From NCBI GenBank assembly GCA_024409055.1, contig JAKSUL010000003.1, forward strand, positions 16,829 to 80,828: a stretch of DNA of 64,000 nt, given 5' to 3'. Source of the DNA: Bacilli bacterium (lineage in GTDB: Bacteria > Bacillota_I > Bacilli_A > RFN20 > CAG-826). Below, piece by piece: positions 17,820-26,205 of the stretch. The notes under the pieces were generated by a model, which saw only the letters and a program-made list of their open reading frames with translations, was not told the origin of the DNA and did not search any database. The position numbers and the translations under genes were made by a program. How positions within the stretch are numbered: the stretch's first letter is position 1; the number at the start of each line of letters is the position of its first letter.

Positions 17820-18685
17820 AAAAATGCATCTCGCTTCTTTTGTGTTTAGTGTCTGCGTTACCGCTATTTTCTTGTTCGTCAATTAAGGGTGGTGAACGGA
17901 ATCTTGAGCCTGCGAACGTCGTATTAAATGGCGAAGACTCCATCTATTCGCTAAGTATAAAAGACAACCCCTATGGAACTTTGCAGCTAAGTGCGTATGA
18001 GGCAAAAGCAGGATGGCCAATCGCCATTAATTATTTCCCGGCAGACAATTATGTGCTGGATCATTTCGAGGTAAACGGAAGCAGCATCGGCCTTTCCAAA
18101 TCGTTCGTCATGCCGAACAAGGACACATGTGTTGAAGGCGTTTTCAAGAAAGCTATCGAAGACACGCCTTATGTCGTTTCCACAAAAGCGGTCAACGCCA
18201 CCAGCAAAGGGCACTGGTATTTCAATTTCACCGATGAGTCTTTGGTAATCAAAACGAAAGTAACAGACCAATGCTTGGTGAATAACGAGGGCATAAAAAT
18301 GGATGATTACTGCGAAGTCATCATCCAGCCAAAGGGAAACTCCCAATGGGTAAAAAATAAGACCATATCTTTCGGAATCAATAGCTTTGGTGAATGCTTT
18401 TATAGGACGGCCGTTAGTGGAACGATGATGTCCGATCCGCTATATGTCGAACAGACCGACGGAATCACTTATTCGTCCTCCCAAACATACACAAACAAAA
18501 GGGAAGGTTTTACAGGTTACATAACTACAATGGAAATTCCCTACAGCGTTTTCGAGTCGAACAAAAACACTTTTAAGAACCAATATTGTTTTAACTTCGG
18601 ATTAAACAACGCTGAATCTTCGTTAATTTTTGGATGGAATTCTTATGTTCCATGGCTTTCTGTATCGCAATATATTTACTTATAA
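17816..18685 (+). CDS. Lipoprotein with a divergent InlB-B-repeat-like module and a CBM9-like domain
   Basis: Lipobox LFSCSS. The sequences YVLDHFEVNGSSIGLSKSFVMPNKDTCVEGVF and DDYCEVIIQPKG support the two modules. The start overlaps the upstream stop by 4 nt. Confidence 0.45.
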   Translation: MKKCISLLLCLVSALPLFSCSSIKGGERNLEPANVVLNGEDSIYSLSIKDNPYGTLQLSAYEAKAGWPIAINYFPADNYVLDHFEVNGSSIGLSKSFVMPNKDTCVEGVFKKAIEDTPYVVSTKAVNATSKGHWYFNFTDESLVIKTKVTDQCLVNNEGIKMDDYCEVIIQPKGNSQWVKNKTISFGINSFGECFYRTAVSGTMMSDPLYVEQTDGITYSSSQTYTNKREGFTGYITTMEIPYSVFESNKNTFKNQYCFNFGLNNAESSLIFGWNSYVPWLSVSQYIYL

Positions 18686-18695
18686 CAACATAAAT

Positions 18696-18740
18696 AAAAA
18701 ACGTGCAGTCTTGCGCTAAGACAATAGCTGCACGTTTTTA
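18696..18740. terminator. Bidirectional intrinsic terminator between convergent genes
   Basis: Stem acgtgcag (18701-18708) pairs with ctgcacgt (18728-18735), with an inner gtctt/aagac stem. It is flanked by an A5 run upstream and a T5 run downstream. Confidence 0.7.
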
Positions 18741-18745
18741 AATAA

Positions 18746-20233
18746 TTATTTCTCGTCCTTAAGGGTCGGGAAGAGAAGAACTTCGCGAACGGTCAAGGTA
18801 TTGGCGAACATCATGACAAGACGGTCGATACCGACACCGATACCACCAGCCGGCGGCATGCCATAGCGGAGAGCGTCCAAGAAGTTGAGGTCCATATCGT
18901 TGCTGGCTTCCTCGTCTCCACGTTTCTTGGCTTCAAGCTGAGCCTGGAATCTTTCCTTCTGATCGAACGGGTTATTGAGCTCGCTGTAGGCATTGCCCAT
19001 TTCCATTCCGTTGATGAAGAATTCGAATCTCTCGACGAATCTTGGATCTTTGCTCTTTTTGGTGAGCGGAGAAAGTTCGATCGGGTAAGTGTGGATGAAT
19101 GTCGGCTGAATAAGGGTTGGTTCAACGAACTCGTCAAAGAAGGCGGCGATGATGTAGCCAACGCTGTTCCAGCTCTTTTCAAGGGTGACGTGGTGCTCTT
19201 TTGCAAGGGCGACAGCTTCTTCAAAGGTCATCTCTTTGTTGAAATCGACACCGGTAATTTCTTTGATGGAATCAACCATGGAAATCCATTTGAATGGTTT
19301 GGAGAAATCCATGACGTTATCGCCCCAGTGAATCTCAGTCGTGCCAAGAACATTGGTGGCAATGTCTTTGAAGAGGTTCTCAACCCAACTTCTCATATCG
19401 CTGAGATCGCCATAAGCCTGATAAAGCTCGATTGTGGTGAATTCAGGATTGTGCCTGGTGTCGATACCTTCGTTACGGAAGATACGACCGATTTCGTAAA
19501 CTCTATCAATGCCGCCAACCATGCATTTCTTAAGGTTGAGCTCAGTGGCGATACGGAGATAGAAATCTTTGCCTAAAGCGTTGTGATGGGTGATGAACGG
19601 ACGAGCATTGGCTCCGCCAAGAATTGGGGAAAGGACGCTGGTCTCGACTTCGACGAAGCCAAGGGAATCGCAGAAGCGGCGAATTTCTTTGACGATAGCC
19701 GGGCGGAGAAGGGCGATACGGCGAGATTCATCATTGATGATCATATCGACGTAACGGTGCCTATAACGATCCTCGGTATCGGTCAATCCGTGGAACTTCT
19801 CAGGGAGAGGTTTCAAACATTTGGTGATGTGGGTATAGGCGGTGACGCGGATGGTGAGTTCTCCGGTGTGGGAGAGCATCAAGGTTCCTTCGAGTCCAAC
19901 GATATCGCCAAGGTCGGCGAGTTTGAAAACGTTGTAGGATTCTTCACCGATAACGTCACGTCCAAGCCAAGCCTGGATAACGCCGTTTTGGTCCTTAAGG
20001 TTGACGAAAGAGGCTTTTCCCATGCGGCGGATAGCCATTAAACGTCCGGCAACCTTGACGGTGATCGGATTGGCGGCTAGCTCTTCCGCGGTCTTTCCTT
20101 CGACAGCCTTGCGGATATCGACAATCCTATCTTTCCAGTCGTAGCGGGAACCGAAGGGATCGATTCCGAGTTCTTCGTATTTGGCAAGCTTATCGAAACG
20201 GGCTTGCTCTTGATCGTTAAGTTTTTCTTCCAT
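18746..20233 (-). CDS. lysS: Lysine--tRNA ligase, class II
   Basis: Class II motifs FRNEGIDTRHNPEFTTIELY and GGIGVGIDRLVM. I place the start at ATG 20233, preceded by GGAGG at 20241-20245. The 5-codon extension in the track starts at TTG inside the RBS. Confidence 0.95.
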   Translation of the reverse strand: MEEKLNDQEQARFDKLAKYEELGIDPFGSRYDWKDRIVDIRKAVEGKTAEELAANPITVKVAGRLMAIRRMGKASFVNLKDQNGVIQAWLGRDVIGEESYNVFKLADLGDIVGLEGTLMLSHTGELTIRVTAYTHITKCLKPLPEKFHGLTDTEDRYRHRYVDMIINDESRRIALLRPAIVKEIRRFCDSLGFVEVETSVLSPILGGANARPFITHHNALGKDFYLRIATELNLKKCMVGGIDRVYEIGRIFRNEGIDTRHNPEFTTIELYQAYGDLSDMRSWVENLFKDIATNVLGTTEIHWGDNVMDFSKPFKWISMVDSIKEITGVDFNKEMTFEEAVALAKEHHVTLEKSWNSVGYIIAAFFDEFVEPTLIQPTFIHTYPIELSPLTKKSKDPRFVERFEFFINGMEMGNAYSELNNPFDQKERFQAQLEAKKRGDEEASNDMDLNFLDALRYGMPPAGGIGVGIDRLVMMFANTLTVREVLLFPTLKDEK

Positions 20234-20289
20234 GGGGTATACCTCCAAGCGTTAGGTAGTCTACTCTAAAGTTCTTTCTTTAGGAAGAA

Positions 20290-22275
20290 CTAGGATGACT
20301 TTTTTCCGTTATATAATTCGCGATATTTTCCTTTCTGAGCCAAAAGTTGTTCGTGATTACCACGTTCTATGATGGTTCCGTTTTGGAGAACCATGATAAC
20401 GTCGCTGTTTTGAATCGTTGATAAGCGGTGGGCAATTACAAAGACCGTGCGACCTTTCATAATGGCATCCATACCGGCCTGTACCAAAGCTTCTGTTCTA
20501 GAGTCGATTGAGGATGTGGCTTCATCAAGAATCATTACCGGCGGGTTGGCAACTGCGCATCTAGCGATAGATAGAAGCTGCCTTTGTCCTTGCGACAAAG
20601 AAGCGCCGCCATTTTCCAAAACCGTGTCATATCCATTCGGCAAATTACGAATGAATAAATCAGCGTTGGAGAGTTTGGCCGCCTCTATGACTTCTTCGTC
20701 CGTGGCATCAAGATTTCCATAACGGATATTCTCTTTGACCGTTCCGGTAAAGAGTTTGGTATCCTGCAAGACAATTCCCAAGGAGCGTCTTAGATCACTC
20801 TTTTTGATCTTGGTGATGTTTATGCCGTCATAACGGACCTTGCCATCTTCGATGTCGTAGAAACGATTGATGAGGTTGGTGATGGTGGTTTTGCCAGCAC
20901 CAGTCGGACCGACGAACGCGACCTTTTGGCCACGACGGGCCCATAAAGTGATGTTATGCAAAACCGTTTTTCCAGGGATATACGCAAAGTCGACATCGTT
21001 GAAAGTGATATCGCCGTTAAGCCATGTGTATGTAGTGGCGGCCCCATTCGTATGCGGATGCTTCCACGCCCATCTTCCGGTACGTTCAACACATTCAACC
21101 GGGTTTCCGTTTTCGTCTTCTTTCGCGTTAACTAGCTCCACGTATCCTTCGTCTATTTCCGACGGAGCATCCGTCATTTCGAAAATACGAGATGCACCGG
21201 CTAAAGCGAGGGCGACAACGTTCAACTGCTGAGAGACTTGTCCAATAGGCTGAACGAAAGATTTAGAGAACATCAAGAAAGAAACGATAGTTCCGATCTG
21301 GAAGGCCGTTCCCCCGGACCAGACATTCAAGATGTTGTAGTTTTGGAATCCAGTGGCGATAAATGTGGCGCCGACCAAAGCGATAACAACATATTGAAGG
21401 TTTCCTAACTGATTGACGACAGGCATCAAAACGTTGGCGAACCTATTGGCTTTTGTGGTGTTTTGGAACAAGGCCTCATTATGCTCATCGAAGTGAATGA
21501 GGTTTCTATCCTCGTAATTGAAAACTTTAACAACCTTTTGACCATTGGTTAGCTCTTCGATGTAGGCGTTAGTACGGCCTAGTTCGATCTGCATCTTCAC
21601 GAAATAGTGACTCGATTGTTTTACGAAGTAACGAGTGAAGAAGAATATGATTGCCGCGAAGGCCAAAACAACCAACATAAGAACCATATCGGTGAACAGC
21701 ATCATGAAGAAGCAAACTATCATCGTGAAGATGGAAGTCGTGACCATCGGAAGGGCTCTTGAAAGCATTTCTCTTAAGGCGTCGATATCGTTGGTGTAAA
21801 CCGACATGATGTCGCCATGACCTCTTCTATCAAAATAAGAGATCGGAAGGCTTTGCATGTGTTCGAATAATTCGTCCCTGATTCTCTTTTGGACGCCTTG
21901 TCCAATGATGGACATAAGGACGTTATAGGAGTAAGCACAGATCAAAGACAAAACATAGATGCTGGCCAAAATGACAACAGCGGTCGTGAAGTTAAACGGC
22001 ATGTCGCTCGGCTGATAGGTGAAAATATTGACATCCGTGCCTCCTAATTTAAGAGACAAGGCTGGACTTATGAACTTATTGACGAAAATAGATCCGACGA
22101 AATAAGAACCGACTGAACCGGCCGCGGAGTTAATCAACAAACACACCATAACGATGGCGAATTGCCATCCATAGTATTTGAATACATAGCCTAAAAGGCG
22201 TTTGACGGAATTAAGTTTGGCTTCTTTGGAAACGGGAGCCATATTCCTTCTTCCTGACATCTTAGGAGCGGGCAT
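20290..22275 (-). CDS. ABC exporter half-transporter, subunit B type (canonical Walker B and H-loop, non-canonical signature)
   Basis: Six-TM domain plus NBD. Motifs: GPTGAGKTT, signature LSQGQRQ, MILDEATSSID, VIAHRLST. The start is probably ATG 22275 (MPAPKMSGRR) or ATG 22260. The track extension overlaps the upstream gene. Confidence 0.85.
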   Translation of the reverse strand: MPAPKMSGRRNMAPVSKEAKLNSVKRLLGYVFKYYGWQFAIVMVCLLINSAAGSVGSYFVGSIFVNKFISPALSLKLGGTDVNIFTYQPSDMPFNFTTAVVILASIYVLSLICAYSYNVLMSIIGQGVQKRIRDELFEHMQSLPISYFDRRGHGDIMSVYTNDIDALREMLSRALPMVTTSIFTMIVCFFMMLFTDMVLMLVVLAFAAIIFFFTRYFVKQSSHYFVKMQIELGRTNAYIEELTNGQKVVKVFNYEDRNLIHFDEHNEALFQNTTKANRFANVLMPVVNQLGNLQYVVIALVGATFIATGFQNYNILNVWSGGTAFQIGTIVSFLMFSKSFVQPIGQVSQQLNVVALALAGASRIFEMTDAPSEIDEGYVELVNAKEDENGNPVECVERTGRWAWKHPHTNGAATTYTWLNGDITFNDVDFAYIPGKTVLHNITLWARRGQKVAFVGPTGAGKTTITNLINRFYDIEDGKVRYDGINITKIKKSDLRRSLGIVLQDTKLFTGTVKENIRYGNLDATDEEVIEAAKLSNADLFIRNLPNGYDTVLENGGASLSQGQRQLLSIARCAVANPPVMILDEATSSIDSRTEALVQAGMDAIMKGRTVFVIAHRLSTIQNSDVIMVLQNGTIIERGNHEQLLAQKGKYRELYNGKKSS

Positions 22276-24019
22276 CAAAATCACCTCCTCCCAACTGAGA
22301 GTAATAGAGTTCTTTATAAACAACGCAGCTATTTAGCAATTCTTCGCTGGTTCCTTGAGCAACGACTTCCCCTTCGTTCATGACGATGATGGTGTCGCAG
22401 TCTTTAACGGAAAGGACGCGCTGAGCGATTATGAATTTAGTGACGTCTTTTCTATTGGAAGCAAGGGCCGCTCTAATTGAGGCGTCCGTTGCGGTATCAC
22501 AAGCGGAAGTCGAATCGTCGAGAAGAAGAATTTTCGGATTCTTCAATAAAGCTCTAGCAATGCAAATCCTTTGTTTTTGGCCACCAGATACGTTGGTTCC
22601 GCCTTGGTCGAGTTTTGTATTGATGCCGTCAGGTAGACGTTCAAGGAACGGGGTAACTTGCGCGGCATCGCAAGCGGCTTTGATTTCTTCATCTGTCGCC
22701 GATTCATTTCCCCACAAAAGGTTCTCGCGAATCGTGCCGCTAAAAAGAACGTTCTTCTGAAGAACGACGGCAACCGAGTTACGAAGCGCCTTTATGTCAT
22801 ACTCCTTAACATCATGGCCACCAACTCTCACCGCTCCTTCAGTGACGTCATAAAGCCTAGCAATAAGGCTTATCAACGTCGTTTTGCCCGAGCCGGTGGA
22901 TCCAAGGATTCCTATGGTTTCACCGCTTTTGAAATTCAAATCAATATGTTTCAAAACGTATTTATCGGCGTGATAGGCGAAATTAACGTTTTCAAATTGA
23001 ACGGATCCATTCGGAATTTCCATGATGGCGTTTTCCGGAGAAACGATGTCAGGCTCTTCCACGATTATTTCGACGATACGGTTAGCGGAGTTTCTAGCGA
23101 TGATGATCATTACGTAAATCATGGAGACCATCATTAAGGAGGTCATGATCATCATGACGTATGTGATCAAAGTCGAATAACCCGGAATGTCTAAGTCGGT
23201 TCCACCTGAACTAACGATGATGTTGGCACCCAACAAAGATAAAAGAATGATGGATGTGAAAACCGCGAAATTAAGAGCAGGCCCGTTTAAAGCAACTCTT
23301 CTTTCCGCTTTTGTGAAGTGGCTGTAGATGAAATCGGAAACCTTCTTAAACTTAGCGTTCTCTTCTGGTTCACGATCAAATGATTTAACGACGCGAATGC
23401 CATCCACATCTTCGAGAACAACTTTGTTTAGGTCGTCATATTTCATGAACACTTTCTCGAATATCGGGTGGGCCCAAGTTGCAATTAGAATTAGGGCCGC
23501 GAAGCAGAATGGAACGATAGCGACGAATACCCAAGCTAACTTTGAAGAGGTCCTAAAAGCCATGATTAAAGAGAAAATCATGATAGACGGGGCTCTTAAA
23601 ACGGTTCTAACCGTCATCTGGAAAGCGTTCTGAACGTTCGTGACATCGGTGGTGGTTCTAGTGACAATTGAAGGCGTGGAGAATTTATCGATGTTTTTGA
23701 AGGAATACTTCTGAATTTTTTCAAACATCGCGCGGCGAAGGTTTTTACCAAAGCCGGCGGCAGCGCTCGAAGCAAAATATCCAGCAATGATTCCTGTCGC
23801 AATCGCGACCAAGGCGATGCCTGAGATAACGGCTGCCCAAACGGCAATCGGCTTCATTCCAGTACTTGGATCGTATTTTTGGATTGATTCCAAAAGGTCC
23901 TGCATAAAGTAGACAATCAAAACTTCTGCAACGGATTCAATCAAAACGAAAGCCCATGTCCAAATGGTGTCTTTCCAGTACTGTTTAAGAAATTTAAATA
24001 GGTACTTAAATGTTTTCAT
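22262..24019 (-). CDS. ABC exporter half-transporter, subunit A type (degenerate catalytic site)
   Basis: Motifs: GSTGSGKTT, VSGGQKQRICIARAL. Walker B is LLLDDSTSACD (Asp replaces the catalytic Glu). The switch loop is IIAQRVLS (Gln replaces His). Confidence 0.85.
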   Translation of the reverse strand: MKTFKYLFKFLKQYWKDTIWTWAFVLIESVAEVLIVYFMQDLLESIQKYDPSTGMKPIAVWAAVISGIALVAIATGIIAGYFASSAAAGFGKNLRRAMFEKIQKYSFKNIDKFSTPSIVTRTTTDVTNVQNAFQMTVRTVLRAPSIMIFSLIMAFRTSSKLAWVFVAIVPFCFAALILIATWAHPIFEKVFMKYDDLNKVVLEDVDGIRVVKSFDREPEENAKFKKVSDFIYSHFTKAERRVALNGPALNFAVFTSIILLSLLGANIIVSSGGTDLDIPGYSTLITYVMMIMTSLMMVSMIYVMIIIARNSANRIVEIIVEEPDIVSPENAIMEIPNGSVQFENVNFAYHADKYVLKHIDLNFKSGETIGILGSTGSGKTTLISLIARLYDVTEGAVRVGGHDVKEYDIKALRNSVAVVLQKNVLFSGTIRENLLWGNESATDEEIKAACDAAQVTPFLERLPDGINTKLDQGGTNVSGGQKQRICIARALLKNPKILLLDDSTSACDTATDASIRAALASNRKDVTKFIIAQRVLSVKDCDTIIVMNEGEVVAQGTSEELLNSCVVYKELYYSQLGGGDFDARS

Positions 24020-24054
24020 AATATCGCTCTTCCAGCAGTCAACCTCCTTTCGCC

Positions 24055-25029
24055 CTACAAAGATTTTCTCCTAGATATTCCATCCAAGAGTTTCCAAAGG
24101 TCATCCTTTGTTTCTATGAGAGTGGCTATTTGGCACCTGACCTTCTTATATCCGGGGAAACCGGAGAAAAAGTGAGGTATTAAGCCACGTAGCTCCCTAA
24201 TGGCTATTTGTTCGCCTTTTTGCTCTATGAGCCTAGAAGCAAAGTCTTTGGCGTATTCGACTTGGGTCAACACATCAGGAGATGGATCGTATTTTCCCGT
24301 ATCAAGAATTTGGTTTATTTGGGTGACCAAGAACGGATTCCCTAGTCCTCCTCTAGCCACCATAATCGCATCGCAGTTCGTTATTTCTTTCGCTCTTAAA
24401 GCATCTTCCGGTGTATAGATGTCTCCGGATACGATAAGTGGGATATTAAGCGTTTCTTTAAGGCCTCTGATAGCTTCGTAATCGGAAGTGCCCGCATATC
24501 CTTGTTTGCTGGTCCTACAATGAACAGAAATAGCTTTAACGCCGCATTCCTCAAGACCTTTGGCAACCTCGAACACATTAATGGAATTGCTGTCCCAACC
24601 TAACCTGATTTTTGCAGTAACGGGTTTATGGGAATGAGAGACGAATTCCTTCATGTAGGCGAACAGTTTCTTAGGATCTTTAAGCCATGCCGATCCGGCC
24701 CCTGTTTTCGTAACCTTATAAACAGGGCAACCAAGATTTATATCGAGAATGTCATATTCGGCGTTCTTTTCTAAATATTCGATGGCAGTTACGGCGTGTT
24801 TGATATCAAAACCGAATAATTGAAGACCAACGGGCCTATCAACATTAGATGTTTCGAGATATTCGATGGTTCTTTTGTTGCCATAGGATATTCCGCAATC
24901 GGAAATCATTTCGCTATAAGAAAGACCGACGCCAAAAGGCTTCATGAACTCGCGATAAGCAAGCGTGGTCACTCCAGCCATCGGGCCAAGAATAACATGT
25001 CCTTTAATTTCAATGTCTCCGATTTTCAT
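24055..25029 (-). CDS. dusB: tRNA-dihydrouridine synthase
   Basis: Motifs LGPMAGVT, INLGCPV, KIRLGWD, HCRT. The likely start is MKIGDIEIKG at 25029. The track start at 25071 adds 14 codons. Confidence 0.85.
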   Translation of the reverse strand: MKIGDIEIKGHVILGPMAGVTTLAYREFMKPFGVGLSYSEMISDCGISYGNKRTIEYLETSNVDRPVGLQLFGFDIKHAVTAIEYLEKNAEYDILDINLGCPVYKVTKTGAGSAWLKDPKKLFAYMKEFVSHSHKPVTAKIRLGWDSNSINVFEVAKGLEECGVKAISVHCRTSKQGYAGTSDYEAIRGLKETLNIPLIVSGDIYTPEDALRAKEITNCDAIMVARGGLGNPFLVTQINQILDTGKYDPSPDVLTQVEYAKDFASRLIEQKGEQIAIRELRGLIPHFFSGFPGYKKVRCQIATLIETKDDLWKLLDGISRRKSL

Positions 25030-25085
25030 CGGAGATAGTTTACACGCAATATGCGCAAATAGGGGCAGCAATTAGAAGATAGTGT

Positions 25086-26027
25086 TTACATCATCGGCAA
25101 AAAGCACTTTTCTCTAAGAAAGGTTTTTACGTCCTCGTTTATTCCGTCGTAATACTGAACCAATTTATTTTTATATTCTTTGTCCATCTCTGACGATATA
25201 GACAACAAGCCTCCACCGTTGCAGATCAAAAACAAATTAGCAAACACGAGTGCTGTTCTTTTGTTCCCATTTGTGAAAATCTGAGTTTTGCAAAGGTAGG
25301 CAACTAGATCGGCTGCCCTATCCAAAACATCCTTTGCATTATCGGTAATGATTGAGTCGATTTCTTTCCGGACCGTATCTCTATCCGGCAATGGAGGACG
25401 ATATTTCGCCCCGGTTATGTAAACGTTGGTCGTCCTAATCTCATCTGGATATGAAATTTGCCTGTCGTTTATGAAACCAGCTATGTTGCAAAGAGCTCCG
25501 AAACACGGACCACGTTTAACAGTGTCTTCATCAAGAATGTATTGCCATGCGTTCTTAAGATTCAAAATGGTTAATGTGTCGTCGAAGCCGACGTTCAAAG
25601 AAGAGCCTCGTTCAAGGATCTCTTCGGTCTCTAAAAAAGTTGCCGAAACACCTTCGACAACAGCCTGTCCGAAAATTATCGTTTTCAGATTCGCTCTAGC
25701 AAAATCTAAATTTAAAAGTACATTAGGATCCAAAGGGGCGCACGAAACGCCAAGTTTGGCCAATTTAGTCTTAATTAGACGAGCCTTTGAATTGAGTTCT
25801 TTAACGGTCTTTGCCATTTCTTTCAAAGAAGCATATAAATCATCACTGTAAACGCCCGCGTAAACAGAAGAAAGTCGATCATACTGTTTGAACCTAAGGT
25901 AAATATACTTGTTTCCGTTTAGCGTCTTAACTTCCGGATATCCTTTAAAATGAGATTCTTTTATCTGCCATTCAATATCTTTTTTCTCTCTTAACAGTTC
26001 TTTGATAGTTTCTTCAGTATTATTCAT
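25086..26027 (-). CDS. Fic/Doc-fold protein with a non-canonical active-site motif (Q-I-F-T-N-G-N-K-R-T)
   Basis: Fic-core helices (FGQAVVEGVSATFLETEEIL). The motif region KTQIFTNGNKRTALVFANLFLICNGG aligns with P1 Doc GHIFNDANKRTALNSALLFLRRNG as I recall it. The catalytic His position holds Gln. Confidence 0.55.
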   Translation of the reverse strand: MNNTEETIKELLREKKDIEWQIKESHFKGYPEVKTLNGNKYIYLRFKQYDRLSSVYAGVYSDDLYASLKEMAKTVKELNSKARLIKTKLAKLGVSCAPLDPNVLLNLDFARANLKTIIFGQAVVEGVSATFLETEEILERGSSLNVGFDDTLTILNLKNAWQYILDEDTVKRGPCFGALCNIAGFINDRQISYPDEIRTTNVYITGAKYRPPLPDRDTVRKEIDSIITDNAKDVLDRAADLVAYLCKTQIFTNGNKRTALVFANLFLICNGGGLLSISSEMDKEYKNKLVQYYDGINEDVKTFLREKCFLPMM

Positions 26028-26135
26028 AGGGTGATTTCTTCCTAATTCAATTATGCGCTTTTCACCCTATATTTCAAGATTCATAGGGTGATTTTCATTC
26101 ATTAGAAATCACATTTTTCTCCCTATAGATTAATT
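26022..26135 (-). repeat. 57-nt tandem duplication of the translation-initiation region, forming a 4-segment alternative-pairing leader
   Basis: A 16-nt perfect direct repeat ATTCATAGGGTGATTT occurs at 26022-26037 and 26079-26094. Inverted partners are TCACCCTAT at 26062-26070 and TCTCCCTAT at 26118-26126. The second copy creates the mini-ORF ATG AAT CTT GAA ATA TAG (26084..26067). Confidence 0.7.
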
Positions 26136-26172
26136 CGTGAAGAACAGCAAAAGGATGATTAAGTAAATTAAA

Positions 26173-26201
26173 ACCCATCCTCCTTTTCGGAAAGATGGGC
26201 A
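26173..26201 (-). terminator. Probable terminator after ftsH
   Basis: On the minus-strand RNA, GCCCAUC pairs with GAUGGGU (7 bp including one G-U). The hairpin is followed by UUUUAAUUU. Confidence 0.45.
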
Positions 26202-26205
26202 TTAA

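Noticed and set aside
20234-20248. N-terminal extensions in the ORF track. These affect lysS (to 20248), the ABC subunit (to 22323), dusB (to 25071), the FGGY kinase (to 44730), tatD (to 54618) and mnmE (to 56002).
   Set aside because: The extensions start at non-ATG codons or overlap the preceding gene or its RBS. Internal ATGs with Shine-Dalgarno sequences, or canonical N-termini such as MFVDSHCH and MSRIIVALATPP, fit better.
20250-20289. Possible T-box or other riboswitch upstream of lysS
   Set aside because: Only 56 nt separate lysS from the upstream ABC gene. That space holds just one 7-bp hairpin (agttctt/aagaact), which is too short for a T-box or L-box leader.
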